Below are positions 31,871-44,275 of a stretch of 55,564 nt of DNA, piece after piece (position 1 is the stretch's first letter; every line of letters begins with the position of its first letter). The notes under the pieces were generated by a model. That model ran no database searches and was not told where the DNA came from. It saw only the letters and a program-made list of their open reading frames with translations. The position numbers were made by a program, and so were the translations under genes. Source of the DNA: Craspedostauros australis (taxonomy: Eukaryota); contig JALAGF010006125.1 of the NCBI GenBank assembly GCA_030167865.1, forward strand, positions 1 to 55,564, in the 5' to 3' direction.

Positions 31871-34347
31871 TTCATTCACGGGCTGTCTGGCCCTCTTGGC
31901 GCTGCGAGGGTACATAAAGTACAGCAGACTATACTCACGTCTGATGCATCTCAGCAGTCGTTCTTGAGGATACAACAATCAACAGAATATGCACTCCTGA
32001 AGGAAACGCAGCCAGACGAAGCGAAACGATGACGGACGAATCCATTGCCAAGGCTCGTGATGAGGTGGCCCCAAAGAACCACAGAAGACACCATGTATAT
32101 CACATATGCGACGTTAAAACATGTATAGAGAGACTTGTATAGAGTAGAGTAGAGTAGAGTAGATCAGTGCACCATTGCAATCTACATCATGACTCAGCAT
32201 GCTGTACTCGTGCTCGACGAGTATTGAGGTGATACGAAGCAATCCGACAGAGCTTCGGAGTCGATCAAGCGAGAACAGCAGAAACAAGTTGCGACGTGCC
32301 ACAGCGAAACGGAAAGTGACAAAGCCAGTTTTTGCAAGCAAAAGAAGCGGCCGCGTGGATGATGGCGACAATGGCAGTGCCACCAAATACGCATCATGTC
32401 ACAAATAACAACCTTCACATGAAGCACGTGAGGCCGACCAATCGGGATATCCTCCTGGTTGGTGTCCGCGGTGCGCAATCGTAATGTAGTGGAGTTGCGA
32501 AGTACGCAGTACAAGCCACACTCGTTGTGCTCATCCCACTTTGTGAGCTTCGGAATCGCCACCAACAACGCATGCAATCGTGCCAAAATCATGGACACAT
32601 TAATCTTGTGAAATCCTGATGGCTGGACGCACAGTACTATACTCTACACACGCTCGTAGTGCCCCATGTATTGGAATACGCACGCGTCACGAGCAGGCCT
32701 TCCTGTGGATGGACGTCGCTTCCAACACTTCCTCCACCGCCAGACACTTGTGCCTGTCTTCCTTCGTAACTGCAGAGAGCTGCCGATGATCCTCGAGCTT
32801 CCGCAAGATTCAACAGCTCCATCAACTTCGCAGGGCCACAGGGCGATATTCAACCAACAGGGATGGCGTTTGCACGAAGTAGCACTCACCAGCGTTGGCA
32901 CGAATGCTCTACGAACATCGATATTGGTGCAGGTACTGGTCCAAAGCAGGCTCCTACCCGCAATCGTACATGCACCGCCATAGAGTCTAGAGAGAGAGTG
33001 TGTCACAGTAGAGTAGCTCGCTTGCAGAGCAGCGTATTCACTTTGGGGCGCCGCTGCTGGTCACCAGATCGTTGCGACCAGTCAACAGCAACTTGGTAGG
33101 ACTCGTAACAACAGCGCAATGGCAGCAACCGGTTGAGCTTCGCCGGCAGCGGTAGGCAGTAGAAATGCGATAAATGTATGGTGAAGGTACGCGCAGGCAA
33201 GCGGACCCACCAGTACCGCCGTATCATGGTGCCCAAAGGCGCTTACAATTCTATCCAACGAGCATCTGCGATGGTCGTCATCAACGATCACATCTGACTG
33301 ACAACCAGCGCGAGAGCGAGAGCGCAAGCAGGAAAACAAGAAACCACGATGGCGAGGTTGGCACTTCCTTCTGTCTGTGGTTGCGAGGTGGGCTGGGATG
33401 CGGTTCCATGGGGGCTTCGCTGTGGGGTGTTCGCTGCGAACAGACCAAGCGGCATTTCTGGCAGTGCCGATGTTCGCGTTGGCGCTGGGTTCCCATCATT
33501 TTGCCAAATGACACGACCAGCCTCGATCCAACCACGCTCGCTGCAGGCGTCTTTGGTGTGCGGTTGTGCACGCACATTCGACGAAATCGCAGACTACAAC
33601 ATGTGCCATGATACGAGCTATTATAGAATACTATATTGCTCAACGCAAAGTAGGTATTATAGTTCTCTTCTATCCTCTCCAGAGTGCTTCACTCGTCCTG
33701 TGCTTGCCATAGATAGTAGAATAGTCAGGGATCTGTGCTGCTGGCTACGCGGTTGTAGCTTCCACCCACCAACACACGCATAGACATTGTTGACATCAAT
33801 GATGGGCGGTTTGGCGCGGCGCGGCACGGCATGGCACGGGAGCACCTGCAACTGCGTTGGATTGGATCGATCTTTTGTGAATCCAAGTTGGTCTTGTTTG
33901 CCTTGGTGGAGAATTCAACAAATTTCAAGCGACAAATCGGAGTTTCTGCCAAAGACTTCCTTCATCATCCACGTCTCGACCACCTTGGTCCTGTTTTCTT
34001 TGATCGTCTTTGTTCTTGACGTCAACTTTAGTCGAATAAGTCCAGATTCAAAATTCAAATGGGCTAAATATATCGCACACCGAACAATTTCGAAGTTAAC
34101 ACGATGGAGACAGAAACACAAAACAAGCAACAAGCAACGCCACACGACGGGTCATTTTTTGCTCTGTACAGAATTTCTCCCGCGAAGTCCACACCACCCC
34201 ACTCTCCTCCCCTGTCTGTGGCAGATCTCATTTGTACAAGTGGCACAAAGCGAGGAATCCGTTCGTATTGTCTCAGCACAAGTACACAATTGCTCCATCC
34301 ATCTGGCAACCGAAGGAGCAACCGAAGGCCCATCGCTCTCCATCGCC

Positions 34348-37300
34348 ATGGTGCCACCTCCAAAGACGACGTCGACGAAGAACCGTCGCAATCAAACAAG
34401 CGGAGCGATCTCAATGAGAATGGCGACATCGACATTGGTTTCAGGATCTGCATCGGCCATCGCTGCCTCGACCCGCCCTCACCCACCACCACCGCCACCA
34501 CCACCTCCTCCTCCGCCGCCGCCTCCGCAGACACAACCAACGACCGCATCGGTTACGAGTTTGCGTCATTCAAGGAGACCCAGCGCATCGCAGCCATCAT
34601 TCGCGAAGCCTTTGCATCAATCCCTGAGCCGCAATGCTGGCATAGTCGGGGTGAGACCAACCGGGTCACCACCGCCGAATCAGACGCAACCACAGACCGT
34701 CTTTCATTCCATCTTCTCACCTTCATACAAGAAGTCAGTTCCCTTGGGCACACAGCTTGCGTCAGGTTATCATCAAAGCCAGGATATATCGAGGCTGGCA
34801 TCATCGTATCTGCTCTCGCCGAACAAGTCCAAGCTCAGCTTTGATTTTTCTGATCTTCAGCTGGGCGCAGATGCCAGTTTGACAGCATCCACCCCTGGAC
34901 GGCTGTCGCTCAGCGATACTGGATCAGACTCTGCCTCGCAGTTCCAAACGCCCGCATTGCTACCGAATGGATTCCGCGGCTGCGATGATCATGATTGGAA
35001 CGCCAGCAGCATCATCGCTGATGCAAGCACAGAGTTCTACTTCACACCCCACGTTGGTGGCAGCCCCATCTCAGCCATTTCTGCCGTCACAGAGCCAACG
35101 CTGCTCAACTTATCACTCAAATCCCAACACACTAAATCTCCAGCAGCCAAGATAGAGTTCCAACCACATACGACGGAGTCTTCCAAAACTAGCTCGAAGC
35201 GATCAGTGCAGCCGCCTCCACCGCCACCACCTCCTGCAACTACCACTGCTACCACCACTGTCGCTGCTGTGGCAAATCAATTCTCATCTTCGATCGCAAA
35301 ACAACATGTTCGTGTCGGCAGCGGCGACAGCGACAGCATCGTTGCTGGCATGAAAACGAAGAAGTACCAAAGCCAAACTCACAATCTCAATCACAACCTC
35401 ACCAGCAAAAACAACAGTCACGGCAATGGCGATGGCGATGGCGCAGGAAAAGGTGGCAGCAGCAACATCTACGACAGCCAACGCGGCACGAGCATGAAAC
35501 CAACCGATGTCCAGACAGAATCAATTTCAGCTCAAATATCAAGGGCATTGCGAATGAAGTCCCCAAGTCATGTTGATGTGGGGAAGCCAGCATCTTCCAC
35601 AACTAGAGTTGAAGCTGGCAAGTACAGCGCACCATTGTTCGTATCGTCATACTCGCACACCGGAGGCAAATCAAACCTCCTGACCAACCAAATTGGAGCA
35701 ACAAAGAGCAACCCATATTCCTTGTCTCTGGACATATCCAACAGCACCAACTCTCACAGCAAGAGCAGCCTGGATATGTCCCTGTCTCCCATGTCTGGTC
35801 TGCAGGGCGAGGAATTCGTGGAAACACCCAAAGGTCAATCTGTCTTTGATTTCTCATCCATCGCAAAGCTTGGAACTATAAGGGAGAGCCCGTTGCAGAA
35901 GGCAAGACAATCCAGCCAATCCTCCAGCCCGAATGTCACACCAACAAGCCAGTTGCGCAGCAAGGTCCAGCAGCTCACCATCGCAAGATCGGAGATAGAA
36001 GGTCTCAGAGTTGCCGAACAGAAGAAGTTCTTGCAACGGCTGAACGACCTGGAGCATGCCAAGCTTAAGGCGGAGGAGACTGTAAAGGAGCTTCAGACCA
36101 AGGTATCCACTTCGTCGATGTGCACGCACGACTTAATCTCGTCCATGCAACAGGTCCAGCAGGAATCGTCGGAGATGCGAAGGCACCTGGAAAATGAACG
36201 CAAGATTCGGGCACAGAAGAGTCAGCAAGCGCAGGAAGTGGAAACCAGGATGCAAGCGACGATCCAAAGCCTTCAGAGGCAGCTGACGAAGACTCAGAGT
36301 GACTTGCAAGCAATGCAACACACTGATGGATCCAATCAAGGCGACATGCGCGAAAGGTTGGCCGAAGAAACGGCAAAGACAGAAACAGCCAATCGATCCT
36401 TGCGAGAGGCGCATCTCCAATTGCAAAAGCTCAAGCAAACGCAGCAGGACATTCGCAACAAACTGCTGGAAGCACTTGGCGCTTCAGATCTCGAGGTACG
36501 TTCCTTGCTGCGAGACCAGGTTGCTGCTTGACTGTACTCGTAAGAATTCTGTGAAAGACTCTGATGGACGCTTGCAAGTTCCAGAATGTATCTCACACGT
36601 TATGCATTTTCACGTTCTCGTGACGGCCAACTCTACACCAAACTATGACAAACTGCCAATGGAATGAATCCATACGTCCATGCGCACGAATATTGTACGT
36701 ATGTACTGCACACAGGTGCGTCACTTGACTCGTCAAGACGACATGAAGTTTGCAGAACACTTCGCGCTTCGTTTGAAGAAGATGAAGGAGAGCAACGATT
36801 CCATGGTGCGAGTGTCGCAGCAATCGATGGAGAAGGCAAGAGGCATGCAGCAAGAACGTGATCACTACATCAACAAGTTCACAGAGAGTGACGAAGTGCG
36901 CAAGCGCCTGCAGGAAGAGAATGCCGTGCTCACTGAACAGGTGCAGGATATGACAGAAGAAGTCCAAAGCAGCCGTGCGTACATCGACAAACTCTTGCAG
37001 ACCACACAGACCGTGAAGCAGTCCGAATGGGAGCAACGAGAAGAACAGTACAAGACTGCCATCGCCAACCTGAGACAGCAGCTACACAAGGAGAATACCA
37101 CCATCTCCATCGAGCTGTACAGATCAGCCGTGAATGACAGTCGGGCAAAGTCAGCTTCCATCCACGCGCACCAGAAAACCATCAGTGATCTGCGGCGTCA
37201 GCTTACAGAGCTGCAGGCCGATAGCACCAACGAGGCCAAGGCCGCCGGCGATGCCAGAACGCCAAACCGCGTTGCTGAACAGATCCGATTTGCTCTGATG

Positions 37301-38512
37301 TCTCCCACCGACTGTCTTGAGCAAGGATTGATTGGCACACGAAGCCTCCGAGATGCAAAGTCGCCACTGGAATCACGCCGGTTGAGGTTTCGCAATGCCA
37401 GGAGTCCCAAAGCAGAGAGCGATAAGGCCGTTGAAGAGAAGCAGCAGCAGCAGCAGCAGCATGAGCCATCCCCTCAGAAGCAACCTAGCCCTCAACTGCC
37501 AGCCCGAACTGCAGCTATATCCAGATCAAAGGCTCCTGAAGATGCAGGAACATTGGATCAGTCGACTGGTACACACAGCTCGCAGAACAAACGAAAGGGT
37601 TCGGCGACCAGAACGCTGCCGCTCGCTTCCATCGATGATCTGTTCGAGGAGGATGAAATCAGTGACTGGGTGAAGCAACAATCCAAGGCAGCGCATCCCA
37701 AGCAAGCGACCACTGGCACTCGTCCCGCGGTGCGGTCGCCATCGTCCAAACGACTTGCAGCAGCAGTTACCGCAAAGAAAGCGGGAACAAGCAAAGCGCC
37801 TGCTCCGTCCCATTGTGCGGCTCATGTCGAACCCGCAACGCAGTCACAGGCAACGAAGATTCTTCTTGCTTCAGCGCCGTCCATGTCAACAATATCCCAA
37901 ACCGCAGCATCAAGTGCAGGAAAGGACGTCGCAGCCTCTTCCCGACCGATTGAGCAGCAGCCAACATCGGAGAAGCCTGCTGACATCAAGGGGACGGAGG
38001 TCGAGGATGCGAGACCGCACATGAGTACCGTCAAACCCTCGAGCACAAAACCGGAGGGGGTCAAACGCAACGTGCTCGCGTCCAGGAGCACAAACACTTT
38101 GCAGCAGCGATCGCTCGGAAAAGGGCAACCCTCTGTCGTGAAGATAAAGGGACCTCGCAAGTCATTTATGGAGAGGCGGAAGAGCGGTGAAGGTCCCGCA
38201 TCGAAAGCAAAGAAGCTGTCGGTGTCTATCTTGTCTGGCCCCAAACCGAAAGTGAAGAAGTCGCTGAGCATAGTGCCTGCGAAGTCAGGCGCGAAGTGGA
38301 CGTTGCCCCAACGAAAGCCTCAAACTGCGGTGCTCCCCATGACCAAGAACATGCAGATTCAGGGAATCACACTGAACGATCCCAAAGGTGGAAATCGGGA
38401 TTCCATTCGGCGTGCCAAGGTACGCCAGGCTGGCGGGCGAAGGGGACTGCAGGAGCAGCTGTCGAAGATCCGATCGCCGCCATCCAAGAAGCAAGTCCAT
38501 TTCAATCAGTGA
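34348..38512 (+). CDS. Large hypothetical protein: Pro/Ser-rich disordered ends with a central long coiled coil; intron 36496-36715
   Basis: ORFs 33787..36531 and 36680..38512 join in frame via GAG|GTACGT...CACAG|GTG. Heptad-rich E/Q/K/L region about 35950-37230; poly-Pro tracts. Confidence 0.8.
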
Positions 38513-38991
38513 GGATTTGTTCGTGGAAGTGCAAGTACGTATGTACGTCGAGTTCAACCAAGAGGCTCAATACTCCACGGTTGGCTCTTGAGACGGATGG
38601 AATGTCCCAATTCCGACAGATGTGGACTACAAAAAGGTTGTTATGAGATGTGGACAGTACCGTAAAGTATGATACCGATGATGAGTTGAGTAGAGCGAAT
38701 GTAATAATAGTGCTACCGATGCAGAAATAGAAGACTGAGTGAAAGACATTGACGGTTTAGCGTTACGATATGCTTGAGTCGTGAGTGCATTTTGTTGGTT
38801 GCTTTTGAGATGGCTTGATACTTGTGTTGACGCTTGCGTGGAGTTTGATGCTATATGTCCAAGATCGGAATTGGGGGTGGAAAGTTCCACATACGCTGGG
38901 ACAGTCCTTTGGGACGATGATTCAACGATGGATACTCTATGTGTGTGTGTGTGTGTGTGTCTCCTTCCACTGTGGAGACACGAGAAGACCC

Positions 38992-41900
38992 TCAAAGCTT
39001 GTGCACCTTCGATCGAACACCTTCGCCATCGAATATGCATCCCATGCCATCGCACCACTTGGCGAAGGCAGCCCAATTCTTGTCGCCGCTGGACAGAGTC
39101 TCCAAGTCACCAACGACGATGAGACCATTCTTTGCACGCGTGAGCGCCACATTCAATCGTCGCCAATCGGAAAGGAATCCCACTTTGTTGCGATGGTTGG
39201 AACGCACGGCCGAGAAGATGATGATGTCGCGTTCCCGCCCTTGGTAGCCGTCGACGGATTTGACTTCGATGCTGGCATTGTCGGCATGCTTTTGGATGAT
39301 TTCATCGTCCTGGATCATCCGTTGGATGAGCTGCACTTGGCCGCTGTAGGGTGTGATCACTCCGATGCTCGTCTTTCCCATTTTCTCTGTTGCTGTTCCT
39401 GCTGCTTGTGATGTTTCCAGCAATGCGTCACGAATCAGATGCAACACCCGCTCGGCCTCCGCGCGGTTGGCGTACGTCGTGGATTCCTCGGCTTCGTTGC
39501 TGCCACGACGTTCGTGGCATCGCCCACCCACATTGATGAAACGGACATTGGCTTCATCGTGCGGAGCTGGGTACTTTTGCTTCCAGTGCTCGGAAAAGGG
39601 TCTGGTCGGTCCCATCTGCCATGGCGTGGATAGCAATCCATCGTAAAACATGGCCGACGAGAAAGCAGATATGGATGGGTGCATGCGGTATTGCACACTG
39701 AGCAGCAAGGATCCCGGGAAGCTCTTCTTGTAGGATGTTGTGGGCAGACGGTGGTGTTGGCTGGATGCACTGGCGGGACGACGGAGCTCCTGCTGTTCGA
39801 GCGCCCGTCGCAGCGATCGTGCTTGCTTGATCGGTAAGGCATGGAGGTAGCGCTCATCCTTCTCCGTGGTATCCGGCTGCGAGCTCACCATTGGCTGTGG
39901 CATCGCGGCGGTAAGACGTTCCATGAGCGACACGCTGAGGAGGGATTCTGGATCATGCTTGACGGTGGCTGGAAGCTGACATGGATCGCCAAGCAAGACC
40001 AACGATCTGCAGCTGTTGGATGCGGTGAGCGGGATGAGAGTGGCAGGCTCGACGCTCTGGCATGCTTCGTCCACAATCACGAAAGGTAGCGAGAGCGGCG
40101 GCAGGCCGTCGGGTGCCAAGGTTCTGGCGGACGCGACAAGATTGTTGGCATTGGGGATTTGGATAGTGGTGCCCGCACCACTGTTGCCGGCGGTGGGATT
40201 CGCACGACCACCTCTGCTCCCGTTCTTGTTGGTGTTCAGCCTGGAATCCTCCCTGGCCATGTCTTCAATGTCAGTGTAGAGACCGCATGCCGCGAGGAGA
40301 CGCGTGTCGGATGCACCAGTCGAGGTGGACACGATGACATCGGCCTCCCGGAAGGCTTTGGCGGCTGCGATGTTGCGTGTTTGGATGGAGCGCTTGACCG
40401 CGGCCGTCGCCAATTCCCGTGCCGTCCTTTCGCTGAGGAAGGCGTCGTTGTTCTTAGCATTGCCATTGGACTTGGATGATGATCGCTTGAGCTTGGAGAG
40501 CTGTGCCGTTGCGCGGGCGGCCGCTTCTGTTGCCTTTTGCACTGCTGGATCTTGATCGATGATGGCATCCAACGTGATGCCCCACAGATGTTCGGAGACA
40601 GCGGATGGTTTTCCAATTCGCACGACGTTGAGCCCCAGCTTCTGGAAGCCGCCCACCATGTTGTCGGCACCGACGTTGCTGAAGGCCGTTGCCAAGACCT
40701 TCGCGTGTGGCGAGATGGATCGGCACTGATGCGTGAATCCAAAACCTACGGCGGATGCGACCGTGGTCTTTCCCGTCCCCGGTGGACCTGTGATGGCCGT
40801 GAACTTTCTGGTGAGCGCTGCACCGACGGCCGTCAGCTGCGGTCCATTCAATGGCGGGAACATGAGCGTTGCCTGCTGCTGCATGAAGGCCAGTGCTTGA
40901 TTGGCCAGCTTGGCAGAAGTCGGCATCGGTGGTTTGGACACCTTGTTGGCAAGGCTTTGCAAATCGCACACGTCCTTGTCGTGGAAGAGGGGACCGTCTG
41001 CATCGCTGAAGGCGAAAGTAGAGATGATGAGATCTCGCAGGACCTCGTCCATGCGGATGTTATCGAATGGATTTGCATCCTTGCCGCTGTCCATTGCGAC
41101 TTTGCCCTTGTGTCGCGGATTGTGGGCATGAGGGGCCGAAGTTGCCTTGGCTGGCTTTCCGTTGAGTGTCGGCCCGTCGCTGCGCTGAATTCCCATCTGC
41201 GATGCTTGCTTGTTGGCAGTGCGTTCTGGAATGGCAGAGAGCTGTGTAACTGCGGCCACCATCCGTCTGTAGGGAACATCGGAGAAGAAGCGATCGGCAC
41301 GCAATCGCATGTTGCTGTTGCCACCGTTGTTGAAATCGTTGGGTGCAGGGCCAAAGGTTGCCTCGAAGATGCCACCGGGCATGGCGATGTCGACGTAGGT
41401 CGGACCGGTGCCGATGACGCGTGCCTCGGCAGTGATGGCATTGGAGCTGGTGGGGTAGTTGTTGGGGTCGAACAGATCTCCGCTCCCCGATGGTTGCAAG
41501 GTGACCATGATGACGTCGTTGTTGGAGAATTTGTGATTGGGCGGAAGCAGTGAATGGCTTTGGTCCGCGTTGGTCTTCTTTGTCTTGCTTTTGCTGACGT
41601 GCGAAGAAGAAGGCGATGGTGTTTGTTGTTGTGGCTGCTGCTGCTGATGGTGGTGGTCTTCTTTGTCATTGCTGTCACTATCGCCGTCGCTGCCATTTGG
41701 GAAATAGAGCTGCGTTGCGTCATGTGCCTTGACGAGGCGATAGACCTCATCCGAAAATAGGTTTCCGCGACGCTCCGGAAACATGTCGTAGATGGCCTGT
41801 CCCTGCTTCGTCTCCAATCGCATTGGATCATCGACGGATGCCTTGATGCGAGAGATGACCTCTCGTTCCTATGTAGGGTAATGTCGAGAGTGGGCGTGCA

Positions 41901-42539
41901 GCAACAGTATGGAATGCCGATGTAACGAAGTCTCCATAGAATGCATGAAGGCATGTTTGAGTGTGAGTGGGGCAGAAAAATGACAACAAGCAGCACGTAG
42001 CACACTGTGCGAAACTCAATACTTTGCATGGCGATGTTTTGTACCATAGTTCGATGCATAATAATGTTCGTTGAAGGACACCAACTGACCTCGGACTGAT
42101 ACTCCATCGTGAGCAACTGCAGGAATCGGTTGTGATACGAAGAGAGCGAGTTGTAGACGGTGGATCGCTTGCGGCTTCTGCCACGTCCACCCGTCAGCTG
42201 GTGCGGTGGCTTGCTGAGCAGGGATCTCGATTTCTTGGCATCCCAAGGCTGTTGCGCCATCGGCGAAGACGTGAGAGTGGACGTGGTGGCCTGCAGGTTC
42301 TGCTGCACGAGCTGCTGCATATCCATCTCGCCGCGTTGCAGACGCCTTGTGCGCTTGTCGGAAGCCTTTTGCTTTCTCATCGTGATGGTTGTGAAGGCCC
42401 GCGATGTGGAAGGCGATGCTGTGACGAGGCGTCCGCCGTGGAAGGAAGACAGAGCATTGCACTCTGCCGGTTGCAGCAGAATGACGTGCGCCGATACCAC
42501 GAGCAGCAGCAGCGGCGTCGCTGCATGAAGGATCCGCAT
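38992..42539 (-). CDS. Superfamily 1 Upf1/IGHMBP2 (DNA2/NAM7)-like helicase with bipartite presequence; intron 42089-41869
   Basis: LNGPQ, ITGPPGTGKTT, AFSNVGADN, VIVDEACQSVEP, LLGDPCQL, QYRMHPSI, GVITPYSGQ, SVDGYQGRE, RRLNVALTRAK. Exon 1 (MRILHAATPLLLLVVSAHVILLQPAECNA-LSSF) splices in frame via GTCAGT...ATAG. Confidence 0.92.
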
Positions 42540-44275
42540 CTTTCTGCTGATGGCATTGCTCTTTCTGTCGGACGCATCATTCCGATGGCTTCGTGATGCT
42601 ACGAACAGTGTGTTTGCCGTGATGTTCATCATCACGCTTGGTGCGGAACCTGAACGCCTTGCTTGGATTGTTGTTGTTTGTGACAGTGATTGCGATCGTG
42701 GCTGCGATTGCAACAAGATTGTGGGAACAGTGCAGAAGACAGCAGCAATGCGATGGTTGCAGGTGTTGATGCCAATGATCGCAAATGATGCGTGTATCTG
42801 TGCAGAGTGCGGGTGTGAGGATGACCATGAGTACCAACGGATAGCACCAAAGACCGTGTGAGTGGACAACTAAAGCGTTCTTGCCCGAATGCAAAAGCAA
42901 GGCACGAGAGCAATGCTATCTGTGTCGATCCGAGTGCAAGTGCAGATGCCCCAACTGCAACTTGTCTCCCACCGAATCTTGGCGCTTGTTGATGATTCGG
43001 CCTTCCCTCTTGGCGATGGAAGATCTCATCATTTTTGGTGTTGGTGTCTTTGCGTCGATGTTGATGGCGATGGCGATGTCGATGTTTGTGGTGATGTGGC
43101 GTTCGTCATCGTGATTGCGCATCATCTTGTTCTTCTGATGGTTCTCAATTTTGTTCTGTTCTGTTCCTTCCGTCTTCGAAGCGTTTTGATTGGGTAACAT
43201 CCAATCGTGACGAATGGTTGTGTTTCGAATTCTGAAGATTCTCCTCCTTCATTGAATGAAACATGTATATAAGGTTGATGCGACTCTACGTAAAAAGACG
43301 ATCGCTGCGGAGTGCTCGCGAGAAGACAACTCCGTTACTTTCGATGCCATTTCTATCCTCGTTCTGTAGACTGACAAGAAAACAGAATTCGCGGTACATA
43401 TGTAGTCCCGATTTGGTATCCTTCAATTCACGAGGTGATGTCATTTTCTGTGGGAACTTGTTGTCTGTCCGAGACGAAGGATTTTCTGTTTGCGTGTGCT
43501 TCCTTCACCATCTCGGAGCGTGTCAAGGGGAGATCAGCGATGTGGGAGGAACAGATCGACGAACAAAGTCGAGAGGGTGTCAGCACCCCCAGCCAATCGA
43601 TGTCGACAGGGCCAATCATCATCATCAGCAACATCATCGACAACAACATCAACAGCAACACCGACAGCAACATTCAAATCCACAGCTAGAGAGAGAGGTG
43701 CTTCGTCTTGTGATTTGCAAGTGGAGCCTTCGTCTGTACCGCCAAGGTAAGACAATCGCATGGAATCGAGAGACTTCGCGATGGGAGGGATGGCAAGGAC
43801 GACAGGGTGCTCCACGTCCTCTTCTTCTTCGGCGACGCCTCTGATTTCCTCTCTGCCTGCCAGTATTCCGCGAGTACGGCTTGTTCGCGTTTGTTGTTGT
43901 GGCTGGTATTCTTGTTGCGGGCCATTCCACCATCATGCCATACGAACAAATGGTCTCTGGATACTCGTTCTGCGAGTGCTGGTGTCTCCATCCACATCCC
44001 GACCTCGGTGCCGCCCGGTAGATCACATAATCCGTCGCAGTATCGCACGTTTCGACATTCTGGCTCACCCACTCCATCGTGACTTCATGCCCTTCGTGGG
44101 AGGTGGGCACACATACACACATACATACACACGCACACAATTACGGATACAACTCCAAAACGTCGCAACACTTTCGCATCAAGATCTTACGTAGTGGAGA
44201 AGTGTAGCAAGACATACGGACGCAATTGAAACCAAACGGTGCTCTCCATCTTAAATCAGATCAAGCAAAGCCATC

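Noticed and set aside
31900..34300. Short ORFs and the 5' extension of ORF 33787
   Set aside because: No domain evidence; the ATG at 34348 is the more plausible start.
43263..44194. Possible upstream exons of the 44276 gene
   Set aside because: No convincing in-frame splice path was found.
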